This document shows, in pieces, positions 1 to 15,186 of a DNA stretch of 64,000 nucleotides. Made by a program: the position numbers and the translations under genes. This stretch comes from Eledone cirrhosa (taxonomy: Eukaryota). Every line of letters starts with the position of its first letter. Within the stretch, counting starts at the first letter, position 1. The notes under the pieces are model-generated. The model saw only the letters and a list, made by a program, of their open reading frames with translations. It ran no database searches and was not told the origin of the DNA. The DNA is taken from positions 103,044,001 to 103,108,000 of the forward strand of contig OZ024740.1 in the NCBI GenBank assembly GCA_964016885.1, read 5' to 3'.

Positions 1-3000
1 CCACACTCCACACACCACACACCACACACCACATACCACACTCCACACACTCCACACTCCACACTCCACACACCACACACCACACACCACACACCACACA
101 ACACACATCACACACCACACTCCACACTCCACACTCCACATTCCACACACCACACTCCACACACTCCACACTCCACACTCCACACACCACACACCACACA
201 CCACACACCACACTCCACACACCACACTCCACACACCATACTCCACACTCCACACTCAACACTCCACACACCACACACTATACTCCACACACCACACACC
301 ACACTCCACACACCACACTCCACACACCACACTCCACACTCCACACACCACACACCACACTCCACACATCACACTCCACACACCACACACCACACTCCAC
401 ACACCACACACCACACTCCACACCACACACCACACTCTAGACACCACAGACTACACTACACACCACACTCCACACTACACACACCACACTCCACACACCA
501 CAGACTACACTACACACCACACTACACACTACACACACGACACTCCACACACCACACACCACACACCACACACCACACTCCACACACCACACTCCACACT
601 CCACACTCCACACTCCACACACCACACACCACACACCACACTCCACACACCACACTCCACACACCACACACCACACAACACACACCACATACCACACTCC
701 ACACACCACACACTCCACACTCCACACTCCACACACCACACACCACACACCACACACCACACAACACACATCACACACCACACTACACACTCCACACTTC
801 ACACACCACACTCCACACACCACACACTCCACACTCCACACTCCACACACCACACACCACACTCCACACTCAACACTCCACACACCATACTCCACACATC
901 ACACACCACACTCCACACACGACACACCACACACCACAAACCACACCACACACTACACACCACACTACACACTACACACACAACACTCCACACTCCACAC
1001 ACCACACTCCACACATCACACACCACACTCCACACACCAAACACCACACACCACACTCCACACACCACACACCACACTCCACAGACCACACACCACACAC
1101 CACAATCCACACACCACAAACCACACTCCACACACCACACTCCACACACCACACACCACACACCACACACCACACACCACACACCACACTCCACACACCA
1201 CACTCCACACACCACACTCCACACTCCACACACCACACACCACACATCACACTCCACACACCACACACCACACTCCACACACCACACACCACACTCCACA
1301 CCACACACCACACTCCAGACACCACAGACTACACTACACACCACACTCCACACTACACACACCACACTCCACACACCACACTCCACACACCACAGACTAC
1401 ACTACACACCACACTACACACTACACACACTACACACACGACACTCCACACACCACACACCACACACCACACACCACACTCCACACACCACACTCCACAC
1501 ACCACACACCACACACCACATACCACACTCCACACACTCCACACTCCACACTCCACACACCACACACCACACACCACACACCACACAACACACATCACAC
1601 ACCACACTCCACACTCCACACTCCACATTCCACACACCACACACCACACACCACACACTCCACACTCCACACTCCACACACCACACACCACACACCACAC
1701 ACCACACTCCACACACCACACTCCACACACCATACTCCACACTCCACACTCAACACTCCACACACCACACACTATACTCCACACACCACACACCACACTC
1801 CACACACCACACTCCACACACCACACTCCACACTCCACACACCACACACCACACTCCACACATCACACTCCACACACCACACACCACACTCCACACACCA
1901 CACACCACACTCCACACCACACACCACACTCTAGACACCACAGACTACACTACACACCACACTCCACACTACACACACCACACTCCACACACCACAGACT
2001 ACACTACACACCACACTACACACTACACACACGACACTCCACACACCACACACCACACACCACACACCACACTCCACACACCACACTCCACACTCCACAC
2101 TCCACACTCCACACACCACACACCACACACCACACTCCACACACCACACTCCACACACCACACACCACACAACACACACCACATACCACACTCCACACAC
2201 CACACACTCCACACTCCACACTCCACACACCACACACCACACACCACACACCACACAACACACATCACACACCACACTACACACTCCACACTTCACACAC
2301 CACACTCCACACACCACACACTCCACACTCCACACTCCACACACCACACACCACACTCCACACTCAACACTCCACACACCACACACTATACTCCACACAT
2401 CACACACCACACTCCACACACCACACACCACAAACCACACCACACACCACACACCACACACCACACTACACACCACACACCACACTCCACATACCAAACA
2501 CCACACACTACACTCCACACCAAACACCACACTCCACACACCATACTCCACACATCACACACCACACTCCACACACCACACACCACATACCACAATCCAC
2601 ACACCACACTCCACACTCCACACACCACACTCCACACTCCACACACCACATGCCACAAAACACACTCCACACACCACATGCCACAAAACACACTCCACAC
2701 ACCACACACCACACACCACACTCTACACACCACACACCACACACCACACTCCACACACCACACACCACACACCATACACCATACACCACACACCACACAC
2801 CACACTCCACACACAACACACCACACTCCACACACAACACACCACACACCACACACCACACACCACACTCCACACACCACACTCCACACACCACACTCCA
2901 CACTCCACACACCACACACCACACTCCACACATCACACTCCACACACCACACACCACACTCCACACACCACACACCACACTCCACACCACACACCACACT

Positions 3001-6000
3001 CCAGACACCACAGACTACACTACACACCACACTCCACACTACACACACCACACTCCACACTCCACAAACCACACACCACACTCCACACACCACAAACTAC
3101 ACTACACACCACACTACAAACTACACACACCACACTCCACACACCACACACCACACACCACACTCCACACACCACACTCCACACTCCACACTCCACACTC
3201 CACACACCACACACCACACACCACACTCGACACACCACACTCCACACACCACACACCACTCACCACACTCCACAAACCACACACTCCACACTCCACACTC
3301 CACACACCACACACCACACACCACACACCACACACTACACACCACACATCACACACCACACTCCACACACCACACACCACACACCACACACCACACTCCA
3401 CACACCACACACCACACACCACACACCACAATCCACAAACCACACTCCACACTCCACACACCACACACCACACTCCACACTCCACACACCACATGCCACA
3501 AAACACACTCCACACACCACACACCACACACCACACTCTACACACCACACACCACACACCACACTCCACACACCACACACCACACACCACACACCATACA
3601 CCACACACCACACACCACACACTACACTCCACACACCACACACCACACTCCACACCACACACCACACTCCAGACACCACAGACTACACTACACACCACAC
3701 TCCACACTACACACACCACACTCCACACACCACACTCCACACACCACAGACTACACTACACACCACACTACACACTACACACACCACACTCCACACACCA
3801 CACTCCACACTCCACACACCACACACCACACTCCACACATCACACTCCACACACCACACACCACACTCCACACACCACACACCACACTCCACACCACACA
3901 CCACACTCCAGACACCACAGACTACACTACACACCACACTCCACACTACACACACCACACTCCACACACCACACTCCACACACCACACTCCACACACCAC
4001 AAACTACACTACACACCACACTACAAACTACACACACCACACTCCACACACCACACACCACACACCACACTCCACACACCACACTCCACACTCCACACTC
4101 CACACTCCACACACCACACACCACACACCACACTCCACACACCACACTCCACACACCACACACCACTCACCACACTCCACAAACCACACACTCCACACTC
4201 CACACTCCACACACCACACACCACACACCACACACCACACACCACACACTACACACCACACATCACACACCACACTCCACACACCACACACCACACACCA
4301 CACACCACACTCCACACACCACACACCACACACCACACACCACAATCCACACACCACACTCCACACTCCACACACCACACACCACACTCCACACTCCACA
4401 CACCACATGCCACAAAACACACTCCACACACCAGACACCACACACCACACTCTACACACCACACACCACACACCACACTCCACACACCACACACCACACA
4501 CCACACACCATACACCACACACCACACACCACACACTACACTCCACACACCACACACCACACTCCACACCACACACCACACTCCAGACACCACAGACTAC
4601 ACTACACACCACACTCCACACTACACACACCACACTCCACACACCACACTCCACACACCACAGACTACACTACACACCACACTACACACTACACACACTA
4701 CACACACGACACTCCACACACCACACACCACACACCACACTCCACACACCACACTCCACACACCATACTCCACACACCACACACCACACACCACACACCA
4801 CACTCCACACACCACACACCACACACCACATACCACACTCCACACACGACACACTCCGCACTCCACACACCACACACCACACACCACACAACACACATCA
4901 CATACCACACTCCACACTCCACACTCCACACTCCACACACCACACTCCACACACCACACACTCCACACTCCACACTCCACACACCACACACCACACTCCA
5001 CACTCCACACTCAACACTCCACACACCACACACTATACTCCACACACCACACACCACACTCCACACACCACACTCCACACACCACACTCCACACTCCACA
5101 CACCACACACCACACACCACACATCACACTCCACACACCACTCACCACACTCCACACACCACACTCCACACATCACACTCCACACACCACACACCACACT
5201 CCACACTCCACACACCACACACCACACACCACACATCACACTCCACACACCACACTCCACACACCACACACCACACAACACACACCACATACCACACTCT
5301 ACGCACTCCACACTCCACACTCCCACACCACACACCACACTCAACACTCCACACACCACACACTATACTCCACACATCACACACCACACTCCACACACCA
5401 CACACCACAAACCACACCACACACCACACACCACACTACACACCACACACCACACTCCACATAACAAACACCACACACTACACTCCACACCACACACCAC
5501 ACTCCACACACCATACTCCACACATCACACACCATACTCCACACACGACACACCACACACCACAAACCACACCACACACTACTCACCACACTCCACACAC
5601 CACACACCACACATCACACACCACACAAAACACACCACACACTACACTCCACACACCACACACCACACTCCACACACCACACACCACACACCACAATCCA
5701 CACACCACACCCCACACTCCACACACCACACTCCACACTCCACACACCACATGCCACAAAACACACTCCACACACCACATGCCACAAAACACACTCCACA
5801 CACCACACTCTACACACCACACACCACACACCACACTCCACACACCACACACCAAACACCACACACCATACACCACACACCACACACTACACACCACACT
5901 CCACACACCACACTCCACACACAATACACCACACACCACACACCACACACCACACTCCACACACCACACTCCACACACCACACTCCACACTCCACACACC

Positions 6001-8290
6001 ACACACCACACTCCACACATCACACTCCACACACCACACACCACACTCCACACACCACACACCACACTCCACACCACACACCACACTCCAGACACCACAG
6101 ACTACACTACACACCACACTCCACACTACACACACCACACTCCACACACCACACTCCACACACCACAAACTACACTACACACCACACTACACACTACACA
6201 CACCACACTCCACACACCACACACCACACACCACACTCCACACACCACACTCCACACTCCACACTCCACACTCCACACACCACACACCACACACCACACT
6301 CCACACACCACACACCACTCACCACACTCCACAAACCACACACTCCACACTCCACACACCACACACCACACACCACACACCACACTCCACACACCACACT
6401 CCACACTCCACACACCACACACCACACTCCACACATCACACTCCACACACCACACACCACACTCCACACACCACACACCACACTCCATACCACACACCAC
6501 ACTCCAGACACCACAGACTACACTACACACCACACTCCACACTACACACACCACACTCCACACACCACACTCCACACACCACAGACTACACTACACACCA
6601 CACTACACACTACACACACGACACTCCACACACCACACACCACACACCACACTCCACACACCACACACCACACTCCACACTCCACACACCACACACCACA
6701 CACCACACACCACACACCACACACCACACTCCACACACCACACACCACACACCACATACCACACTCCACACACGACACACTCCACACTCCACATCCACAC
6801 ACCACACACCAAACACCACACACCACACAACACACACCACACACCACACTCCACACACCACACTCCACACACCACACAATCCACACTCCACACTCCACAC
6901 ACCACACACCACACTCCACACTCAACACTCCACACACCACACACTATACTCCACACATCACACACCACACTCCACACACCACACATCACAAACCACACCA
7001 CACACCACACACCACACTACACACCACACACCACACTCCACATACGACACACCACACACCACAAACCACACCACACACTACACACCACACTCCACACTAC
7101 ACACACAACACTCCACACTCCACACACCACACTCCACACATCACACACCACACTCCACACACCACACACCAAACATCACACACCACACTCCACACTCCAC
7201 ACACCACAAACCACACCACACACTACACACCACACTCCACACTACACACCACACTCCACACTACACACACCACACTCCACACACCACACACCAAACATCA
7301 CACACCACACTCCACACACCACACACCACACACCACACACCACACTCCACACTCCACACACCACACACCACATACCACAATCCACACACCACACACCACA
7401 CTCCACACACCACACACCACACTCCACACTCCACACACCACATGCCACAAAACACACTCCACACACCACACACCACACACCACACTCTACACACCACACA
7501 TCACACACCACACTCCACACACCACACACCACACACCATACACGACACACCACACACCACACACCACACTCCACACACCACAGTCCACACACCACACACC
7601 ACACACCACACACCACACACCACACACCACACTCCACACACCACACTCCACACACCACACTCCACACTCCACACACCACACTCCACACATCACACTCCAC
7701 ACACCACACACCACACACCACACTCCAGACACCACAGACTACACTACACACCACACTCCACACTACACACACCACACTACACACACCACAGACTACACTA
7801 CACACCACACTACACACTACACACACCACACTCCACACACCACACACCACACACCACACTCCACACACCACACTCCACACTCCACACTCCACACACCACA
7901 CACCACACACCACACTCCACACACCACACTCCACACACCACACACCACTCACCACACACCACACACCACACACCACACACCACACACCACACTCCACACA
8001 CCACACATCACACTCCACACATCACACTTCACACTCCACACTCCACACACCACACTTCACACACCACACACCACACGCCACACACCACACACCACACACC
8101 ACACACCACACACCACACACCACAGACCTCACTCCACACCACACATCACACTCCAGACACCACCCTCCACACTCTACACACCACAGACTACACTACACAC
8201 CACACTCTACACTCCACACTCCACACACCACACTCCACACACCACACACCACACTCCACACCCCACACACCACACCCCACACACCACACC
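1..8290. repeat. Heptamer satellite (CCACACA/CCACACT and variants) with higher-order duplications
   Basis: Continuous 7-bp units. Identical conceptual ORFs recur at a 1494-bp offset (256..447 vs 1750..1941; 522..767 vs 2016..2261) and near-identical ones at a 914-bp offset (3114..3740 vs 4028..4654). Confidence 0.97.
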
Positions 8291-8387
8291 AATCAGTATA
8301 TATGTCTAAACACTTCATTACTACATCGTCGAGAAAATGGTAGGATTTTCCAAAACAAAATCCTAATCTCAGGTTCAATTTCCCCTT

Positions 8388-9350
8388 GTCACCATCACCA
8401 TCACCACCATCATCACCATCACCATCACCATCATCATCACCATCAACATCACCATCACCATCACCATCATCATCAACATCACCATCACCGCCACCGTCAC
8501 CGCCACCGTCACCATCACCATCACCATCACCATCATCATCACCATCATCATCACCATCACCATCACCATCACCATCACCATCATCATCAACATCACCATC
8601 ACCATCACCATCACCATCACCATCATCATCAACATCACCATCACCATCACCATCACCATCATCATCACCATCATCATCACCATCACCATCATCATCACCA
8701 TCACCATCACCATCATCACCATCACCACCATCATCACCATCATCATCATCATCACCATCATCATCACCATCACCATCACCATCACCGCCATCATCACCAT
8801 CACCATCACCATCACCGCCACCATCACCATCACCATCATCATCACCATCATCATTAACATCACCATCACCATCACCATCACCATCATCACCACCATCACC
8901 ATCATCATCACCATCACCATCACCATCATCATCACCATCACCATCACCATCATCACCATCACCATCATCACCATCACCATCATCACCATCATCACCATCA
9001 CCATCATCATCACCACCATCATCATCATCAACATCACCATCATCATCATCATCACCACCACCACCACCATCATCATCAACATCATCATCATCACCATCAT
9101 CACCATCAAGATCACCATCATTATCACCATCACCATCATCATCATCACCACCACCACCACCACCACCACCACCACCACATCTACTGCCATCATCACCACC
9201 ACTAATGCCACCACAACTACTGCTACCACTACCACCATTAAAACCACCACAGCCACTGCCACCATCAGCACTACCACCACTACCACCAGTGCCACCACTG
9301 CCACCACTGCCACCACTGCCACCACCACCACCACAACCACCACAACCACA
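8388..9350. repeat. (CAT/CAC)n trinucleotide array grading into (CAC/CTG)-type units
   Basis: Direct reading; the poly-His, poly-SP and poly-GD ORFs are translations of the repeat. Confidence 0.95.
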
Positions 9351-9394
9351 AAATTTTGCTCTAAAACTCCTCCACTCCTCTTCCATCTCCCCTC

Positions 9395-9500
9395 CTACAC
9401 AACAATTAGCCCCTGTATGGATGTCAGAAGGTGATGATAGTGTGATGATTTGCTGGAGTCCTTGATTTGGCGCCGGCAGCAGAGATAAGCAGCAGAGCAT
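9395..9500 (-). other. Possible terminal coding exon (unique island between microsatellites)
   Basis: On the minus strand ggctttcAG is followed by an open frame CSAAYLCCRRQIKDSSKSSHYHHLLTSIQGLIVV*. No recognisable domain and no partner exon identified. Confidence 0.15.
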
Positions 9501-9697
9501 CTGAAAGCCAACAGACAATGTACAATGTACAGTGCAGCAAGAGAGGAAGTAGAAAACTATGTTATAAGACATAACAAGGAAGATGGACAAACCCTTGTGT
9601 GTGTCCTTCTACTAAAACTAACAGCACAAGAGATTGGTCATTCACTTAGAACTGGTATATTAATTACATTTTAGACTGTTTTGTTGGTTACTACTTG

Positions 9698-10278
9698 TGG
9701 TGGTGGTGGTGGTAATGGTGGCTGTAGCTGTGGTGGTGGTGGTGGTGGTGGTGGTGGTGGTAATGAATATGGTGGTAGTGATGGTGGTAGTGGGGGTGAT
9801 GGTGGTAGTGGTGATGGTAGTGGTGATGGTGGTAATAATAATGGTGGTAGTGGGGGTGATGGTGGTGGTAATGGTGTCAGTGGTGATGGTGGTGGTGATG
9901 GTAATGGTGGTGGTGATAGCAGTTGTGGTGGTAATGATAGTGGTGGTTGTGGTGGTGGTAATGGATATGGTGGTAGTGATGGTGGTAATAGTAATGGTGG
10001 TAGTGGGGGTGGTAATAGTAATGGTGGTAGTCGGGGTGATGGTAATGTAGTGGTAATGGTGGCAGTGGTGATGGTAGTGGTAGTGGTGGCAGTGTTGGTG
10101 GTAAGGATGGTGGAGGTAATGGTGATGGTGGTTGTGGTGGTAGTAGTGGGGGGTGATGGTAATGATGGTGGTGATAGTGGTTGTGGTGGTAATGATGATG
10201 GTAATGGATATGGTGGTAGTGGTGATGGTGATGGTAATGGTGGTAATGGTGGTAGTAGGGGTGATGGTGGTGGTGGTT
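9698..10278. repeat. (GGT/GAT/AGT)n trinucleotide array
   Basis: Direct reading; opposite polarity to 8388-9350. Confidence 0.93.
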
Positions 10279-11004
10279 TTATTTGTTGTATTTGTTGTCT
10301 TAGGTCAGCTTTGATTGAGCAGACATGGTCACACCCTTTCAGACATTACCATTCCATTTTATTTCAGACACAGTATCCAGGATTCCATTATCCAACGTTT
10401 CCTTCTTTCTTTTTAAGATGGTATGGTAAGGTTGAAGGGGAATTGGGCTGTTATTTCTAGCAGAGCAAACGTCTACTACATGGTAATGCGTGGTTATGGT
10501 TATTCATTTATAAACCTGGATCAGCCATGATCCAGCAATACTATTAAAGGAGGTGTAGGCAGCCTGTCTGCCTGGACATGCTGGGTTTTTTTTTCTCTAC
10601 TGTCCAATATATTCCTGTATGCATGTTGTTGTATAACCCCATGCTGGCCTTGACTGAGCAGATTTATGATCAAAGGCATTCCATCCATGACCATTTTCTT
10701 TATTTATTTGTTTGTTTGTTTTTGTTTTGTTTTTTCAGGCATAGTACATCTAGGACTACATTATCTGATAGTTCTTTCTCTTTTTTGATGAGAGTAGGAT
10801 GTAATCTAAGGGTGATTTGACTGCTATTTCTAGCAAGTCAAGTGACTATATAAAAGCTTCTTCTGGCTTGTATGTCTGTAGGTTGTGGTGATATTGTGGT
10901 GGTGGTGGTGGTGGTGGTCACAGTAGAGGCATGTGAGGTTAAATCAGTCAGAGTACAACAATGGCTTTTCCTTTATACTTACCATTGGTACTTATCATCC
11001 AGAT

Positions 11005-12835
11005 CAGCGGTCGCCAATCTTTTGGACCTCGTGGAGCATTAAATTCATAATTTTAAATCCCATGGACCACTAATATGAATTAATGATCAATGGTCGAAAC
11101 AATACGGAAGTATATGTGTGTCATATTGTCAATAGATTCTTTCATGGATGTTAGTTCTTTACTGAGGAGAAACATTTTTTAGGGAGGTTATAAAATATAT
11201 CTTAACCAAATATTATTTTTGTTTTATTTTTAATCTACTTATATATATAACCAGCAATTTCTCTGTCTGTCTGTCTGTCCGACAGTGGAAACATGTGCGT
11301 AGAGAGAGAGTGAGAATGAAAGAAAGAGACAGACTACGAGAGGGGGATAGCGAGAGGGAGAGAGAGAGAGAGAGAGAGAGAGTGAATAGACGCTAAAACA
11401 CGTGCTACAGAAATATTACCTTCCCCTTCCTTTCTCCACTTTGGTACTACCAAGAGAAACACTGTCGCTATAGAAACATTACCTTCCCCTCTCCACTGAC
11501 TTTGGTCACTGAGGCCGAGGGAATCGCTGGTTGCTATAGAGACACCTTGCACAAGCCAGAAGTAACCAGTTCGAGGCGGTTCTGACTTGACACCATGCGA
11601 AGAAGGTTGCCATTGAATTTGTGGTTGTTGCTGCTGATAATAAGGACCATTTGAAGAAGGTTGCCATTGAATTTGTGGTTGTTGCTGCTGATAATAAGGA
11701 CCATTTGAAGAAGGTTGCTGCTGATGAGGTAATTTATTAATCAGATTGCGCAGTTCCATAACCTACGTTTGATTTGTTCAATTTTTTTCTTCAATTTTTT
11801 TTGTTGTTTTTTATTATTTCTTATTGAAAAAATATAAATAATAAAATAAGGTTAGAAATTTAAATACAATTAAATACGATTTAATTTCCATTTCCAGCAG
11901 CCAATGTCCAGTGTTCAATTTCATGAAAAAATTGGAAATAATTAAAAAAATTGAAGTTTAACTTTTGAACATTTGTTTTGACAATAAAAAAATATTTCCT
12001 TATTCACACCTAATGGTATGATTAAAATTTCATAGGAATATTTTTTTCTAACCGCCAGTTATTTATTTTCTCCTTTTTCGTTTTAACATATTTATTTCAA
12101 AGATTTCACCGTATAGATAACATATATATTTATACATGCATAAAAGACACACCGAGAGACGGTGAACATGTGGTGCCGAAAACATTTCTCATCCAAATCT
12201 CAACAATATCAGTATATACACTAGATTTGCTAGCAGAAAACCGCCCACCGGGTGGTTTTCTGCTGGTCTATATATATAAAACTAAGGATGTCTGTGTGTG
12301 TGAGTTTGAATCCCTAAAACTAGAGAACCACCCAATCGACTGTTTTCAAACTTTACACATGTAATACTTATGTTTCAGGGAATGTTCTGAGCAAAAGAAT
12401 ATCAATTTTTCAATACCTTAGGGACCGCATTAGGTGATTTAGCGATCTCTCTCTATAATTATTAGTCTTTCTCTTTTTAGATAGATACATACATATAACG
12501 TCGCGCCCTTATAATATCTGTCTGTATGTTTGGCTGTCTGCTGCCTCCGGTTATTCTGCCACCGTTGCTCAAGACAAATCTCACACTCATTCCCCAAACA
12601 GTTGGTAAGTGCACACATCTTCTTGCTCACGTTTTAAGCCACAGTGTTGCTTACTTACGTACCACCAGACCCTTACTACTTTGCCAGCCATGGTTGTGGC
12701 AATACTAAGCTTAGCTAAGGCGGTTATATATTTCACAATACCTTATCCCGTGCAACGCCGGGTACCACTGCTAGTAAAACATAAAAATTGCAAATAATGT
12801 CCATATTTTTTTGCAGACCACCAAAATGTTTTCAG
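11005..12835. mobile_element. hAT-like non-autonomous element interrupted by a Helitron
   Basis: Begins CAGCGGTCGCCAATCTTTTGGACC with GGACCAC subterminal motifs. Similar AT-rich sequence and GCAGACCACC resume after 12775. Second TIR not seen. Confidence 0.5.
11234..12774 (+). mobile_element. Composite non-autonomous Helitron (unit A 11234-12266 + unit B 12267-12774)
   Basis: A|TC start; internal hairpin CTAGCAGAAAACC..GGTTTTCTGCTGG directly followed by TCTATATATATAAAAC; terminal hairpin CCCGTGCAACGCCGGG then CTAG|T; no TSD. Confidence 0.85.
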
Positions 12836-13476
12836 GTAAGGATCTATATGGTAGAATATCTATGGATGTCTATAGGTACTAATAATTGGTTTTAACAGGT
12901 AATGTATGATAGAATATCTGTATGAAGAATATCTATAGATGACTGTAGGTACTAATGAATAAACACAGGTAAAGATCTGTATGGTAGAATATCTATAGAT
13001 GTCTGTAGGTACTAATGAATAAACACAGGTAAAGATCTGTATGGTAGAATATCTATAGATGACTGTAGGTACTAATGAATAAACACAGGTAAAGATCTGT
13101 ATGGTAGAATATCTATAGATGTCTGTCTGTAGGTACTAATGAATAAACACAGGTAAAGATCTGTATGGTAGAATATCTATAGATGTCTGTCTGTAGGTAC
13201 TAATGAATAAACACAGGTAAAGATCTGTATGGTAGAATATCTATAGATGTCTGTAGGTACTAATAATTGGTGAACACAGGTAAGAATCTGTATGGTAGAA
13301 TATCTATAGATGTCTGTCTGTAGGTTCTAATAAATAAACACAGGTGATGATCTGTATGGTAGAATATCTATAGATGACTGTAGGTACTAATAAATAAACA
13401 CTGTGACAATTTGTATGGTAGAATATCTATAGATGAGTGTAGGTACTAATGAATAAACATAGATGATGATCTGTAT
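12833..13476. repeat. ~60-bp minisatellite, about 10-11 copies
   Basis: Unit CAGGTAAAGATCTGTATGGTAGAATATCTATAGATGTCTGTAGGTACTAATGAATAAACA, with +/-4 bp (GTCT) variants. Confidence 0.95.
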
Positions 13477-13539
13477 ACAACAGCAATAACAGTTTTTCTG
13501 TTAAAGCGAAAGTTAGCTTTGTGGATCCCATGACAAGCT

Positions 13540-13945
13540 TCTCCCTTTTGTCCTATAGCTTTCATGGCCTCTACCAATCCTATGGCTTTCATTTCTTTCT
13601 CCGACATCTTTCATCATGTCTTCCCTGGTCTTCCCTTTCATCTACTCCCTTCCACATTTATTTCCATCACTTCTCGACCCAGTCACTTCTATCCTTCCTC
13701 AACACATGACCTAACCATCTCATTCCATTTCTCTTCACAACATTTATTACCAGCTCTATTCTTCTCACCCAGTCACGTCTATCCTTCCTTAACACATAAC
13801 CCAACCATCTCATTCCATTTCTCTTCACAACATTCATTACTGGCTCTATTCTTCTCACCTTGTCACTTCTATCTTTCCTCAACACATGACCCAAGCATCT
13901 CATTCCATTTCTCTTCACAACATTCATTACTGGCTATATTCCCAT
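13540..13945 (-). mobile_element. RTE-clade LINE 3' fragment with a 90-bp triplication
   Basis: Translation KRNGMRWLGHVLRKDRSDWV three times, then a GRPGKT-like motif typical of RTE C-termini. Confidence 0.75.
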
Positions 13946-14244
13946 CACTGAAGATCATTGCTGGGGTTATGTTTGCCTTTCATCCCTCCAAGGTCTATAA
14001 AAAAGTACCAGTTGAGTTCAATTCTTCTTCTACATCTTTTTCTCATTTGCTCTTCCTCTCTCTCTCTTCACCTTTCTCTTTCCTCCACACTCTCCATTCC
14101 TCTCTCTCTCCTCTTCTTCTCTAGGAGAAATTGGCTGTATTCAAACTTGGTGAGATGGACTTGGCCAGGTTTTAAAATGCCCAAGAAATACTGTATGTCA
14201 CTATGACATCCCTACTACTCCATCAAGAGTTATGGGTCCATAAA

Positions 14245-14570
14245 TACATACATACATGATGACTGCCCCCTCGTTATCGAGTATGGCCATTGCACGATAT
14301 ACCGTTATTAATAATTATTAATTAATTCTATCGTGCAATGCCTGTGTGTGAAGATATTTTTTAAAGTGAGGAAAGACTATGCACTGAGCCAATCCCACTC
14401 TCTGAACAACAGTAGCTATAACCCGAAAAGAAGAAAAGATCAACATCATAGGTAACTACTGAGCTGCAGGTTTTATAGCGGAGTTATCCCAGTTTCCTGA
14501 GTTGCCTTCTCCTAGAAGAATGCCTTGACAAAGGCTAGGGATCCTTCACTCCCAGTGGTTTAACCGCGCA
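14245..14570 (-). mobile_element. Probable RTE-related 5' UTR fragment
   Basis: TCTAGGAGAAGGCAACTC..TATAAAACCTGC motif shared with 33020-33055. Confidence 0.4.
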
Positions 14571-14616
14571 TATACATATACATACATATGTACATGTGTA
14601 TATACATATTTACACA

Positions 14617-14810
14617 CTTTTGGATGGCCGTTGACTCTTATGAGTTCTTCCGCCTTTTGTCAGGTTTTGTTTTTTGTCCTGCAAGGTGTCCAAAATCACC
14701 CTCCTCACCAAGTAAACTTAGTGGGGTTGCCAGTTTAGTCGCCGACAACCCGACCATGCGACAGGTTGTGCTGGGTTGCATGTTACCAGTAGCACTCAAG
14801 AGTGACCCGA
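14617..14810 (-). mobile_element. Interspersed repeat, probable RTE-type 5' end (other copies 32910-33060 + and 48653-48732 -)
   Basis: GCGACTAAACTGGCAACCCCAC..AAGGCGGAAGAACTC..GAGTCAACGGCCATCCAA; partial copies at two other loci in the window. Confidence 0.6.
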
Positions 14811-14828
14811 TATAATACATACATACAT

Positions 14829-15120
14829 ACAACTAGTTAGGAAATTACAAGTACAATCCATTAATGGAACAGTAAAAATATGTAAAACATTCCAAACGTT
14901 TTGCATCTAATAACTGCATATACACATGTACAGATACAAAGCATATACACATGCACACATAGAACTCAAAACATACACATCCATATCTACACCTGCATGC
15001 ATGCATACATAATCTACCTACTTGATGTGTAAATTCCAATGAGAGAGTCTTGTGTCTATGTTAGAAACCGACTCTCTCACTATTGTGAAAAAATTTGTGA
15101 AATTATAAAACCAGAAGAAC
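14829..15120 (+). mobile_element. Short 3' fragment of R4/Dong-like non-LTR element within (CATA)n
   Basis: Near-identical to 17325-17630; flanked on both sides by (CATA)n. Confidence 0.85.
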
Positions 15121-15186
15121 ATACATACATACATACATACATACATACATACATACATACATACATACATACATACATACATACAT

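Noticed and set aside
1-8290. Telomeric repeat
   Set aside because: The unit is a degenerate 7-mer mixture, not (CCCTAA)n, and it has higher-order duplications.
2650-8857. Very long ORFs (1897, 1300, 928 aa; HTPHTT / VCGVW repeats)
   Set aside because: Stop-free translations of the heptamer satellite in multiple frames and both strands; no domain content.
8193-10460. Poly-His, Ser-Pro, Gly-Asp and Gly-rich proteins
   Set aside because: Trinucleotide microsatellite translations that are open in most frames.
12833-13476. CRISPR-like array
   Set aside because: Whole units repeat with no unique spacers; eukaryotic context and no cas genes.
14617-14810. HDV-like ribozyme at an RTE 5' end
   Set aside because: The nested double pseudoknot could not be built by eye; needs a motif search.
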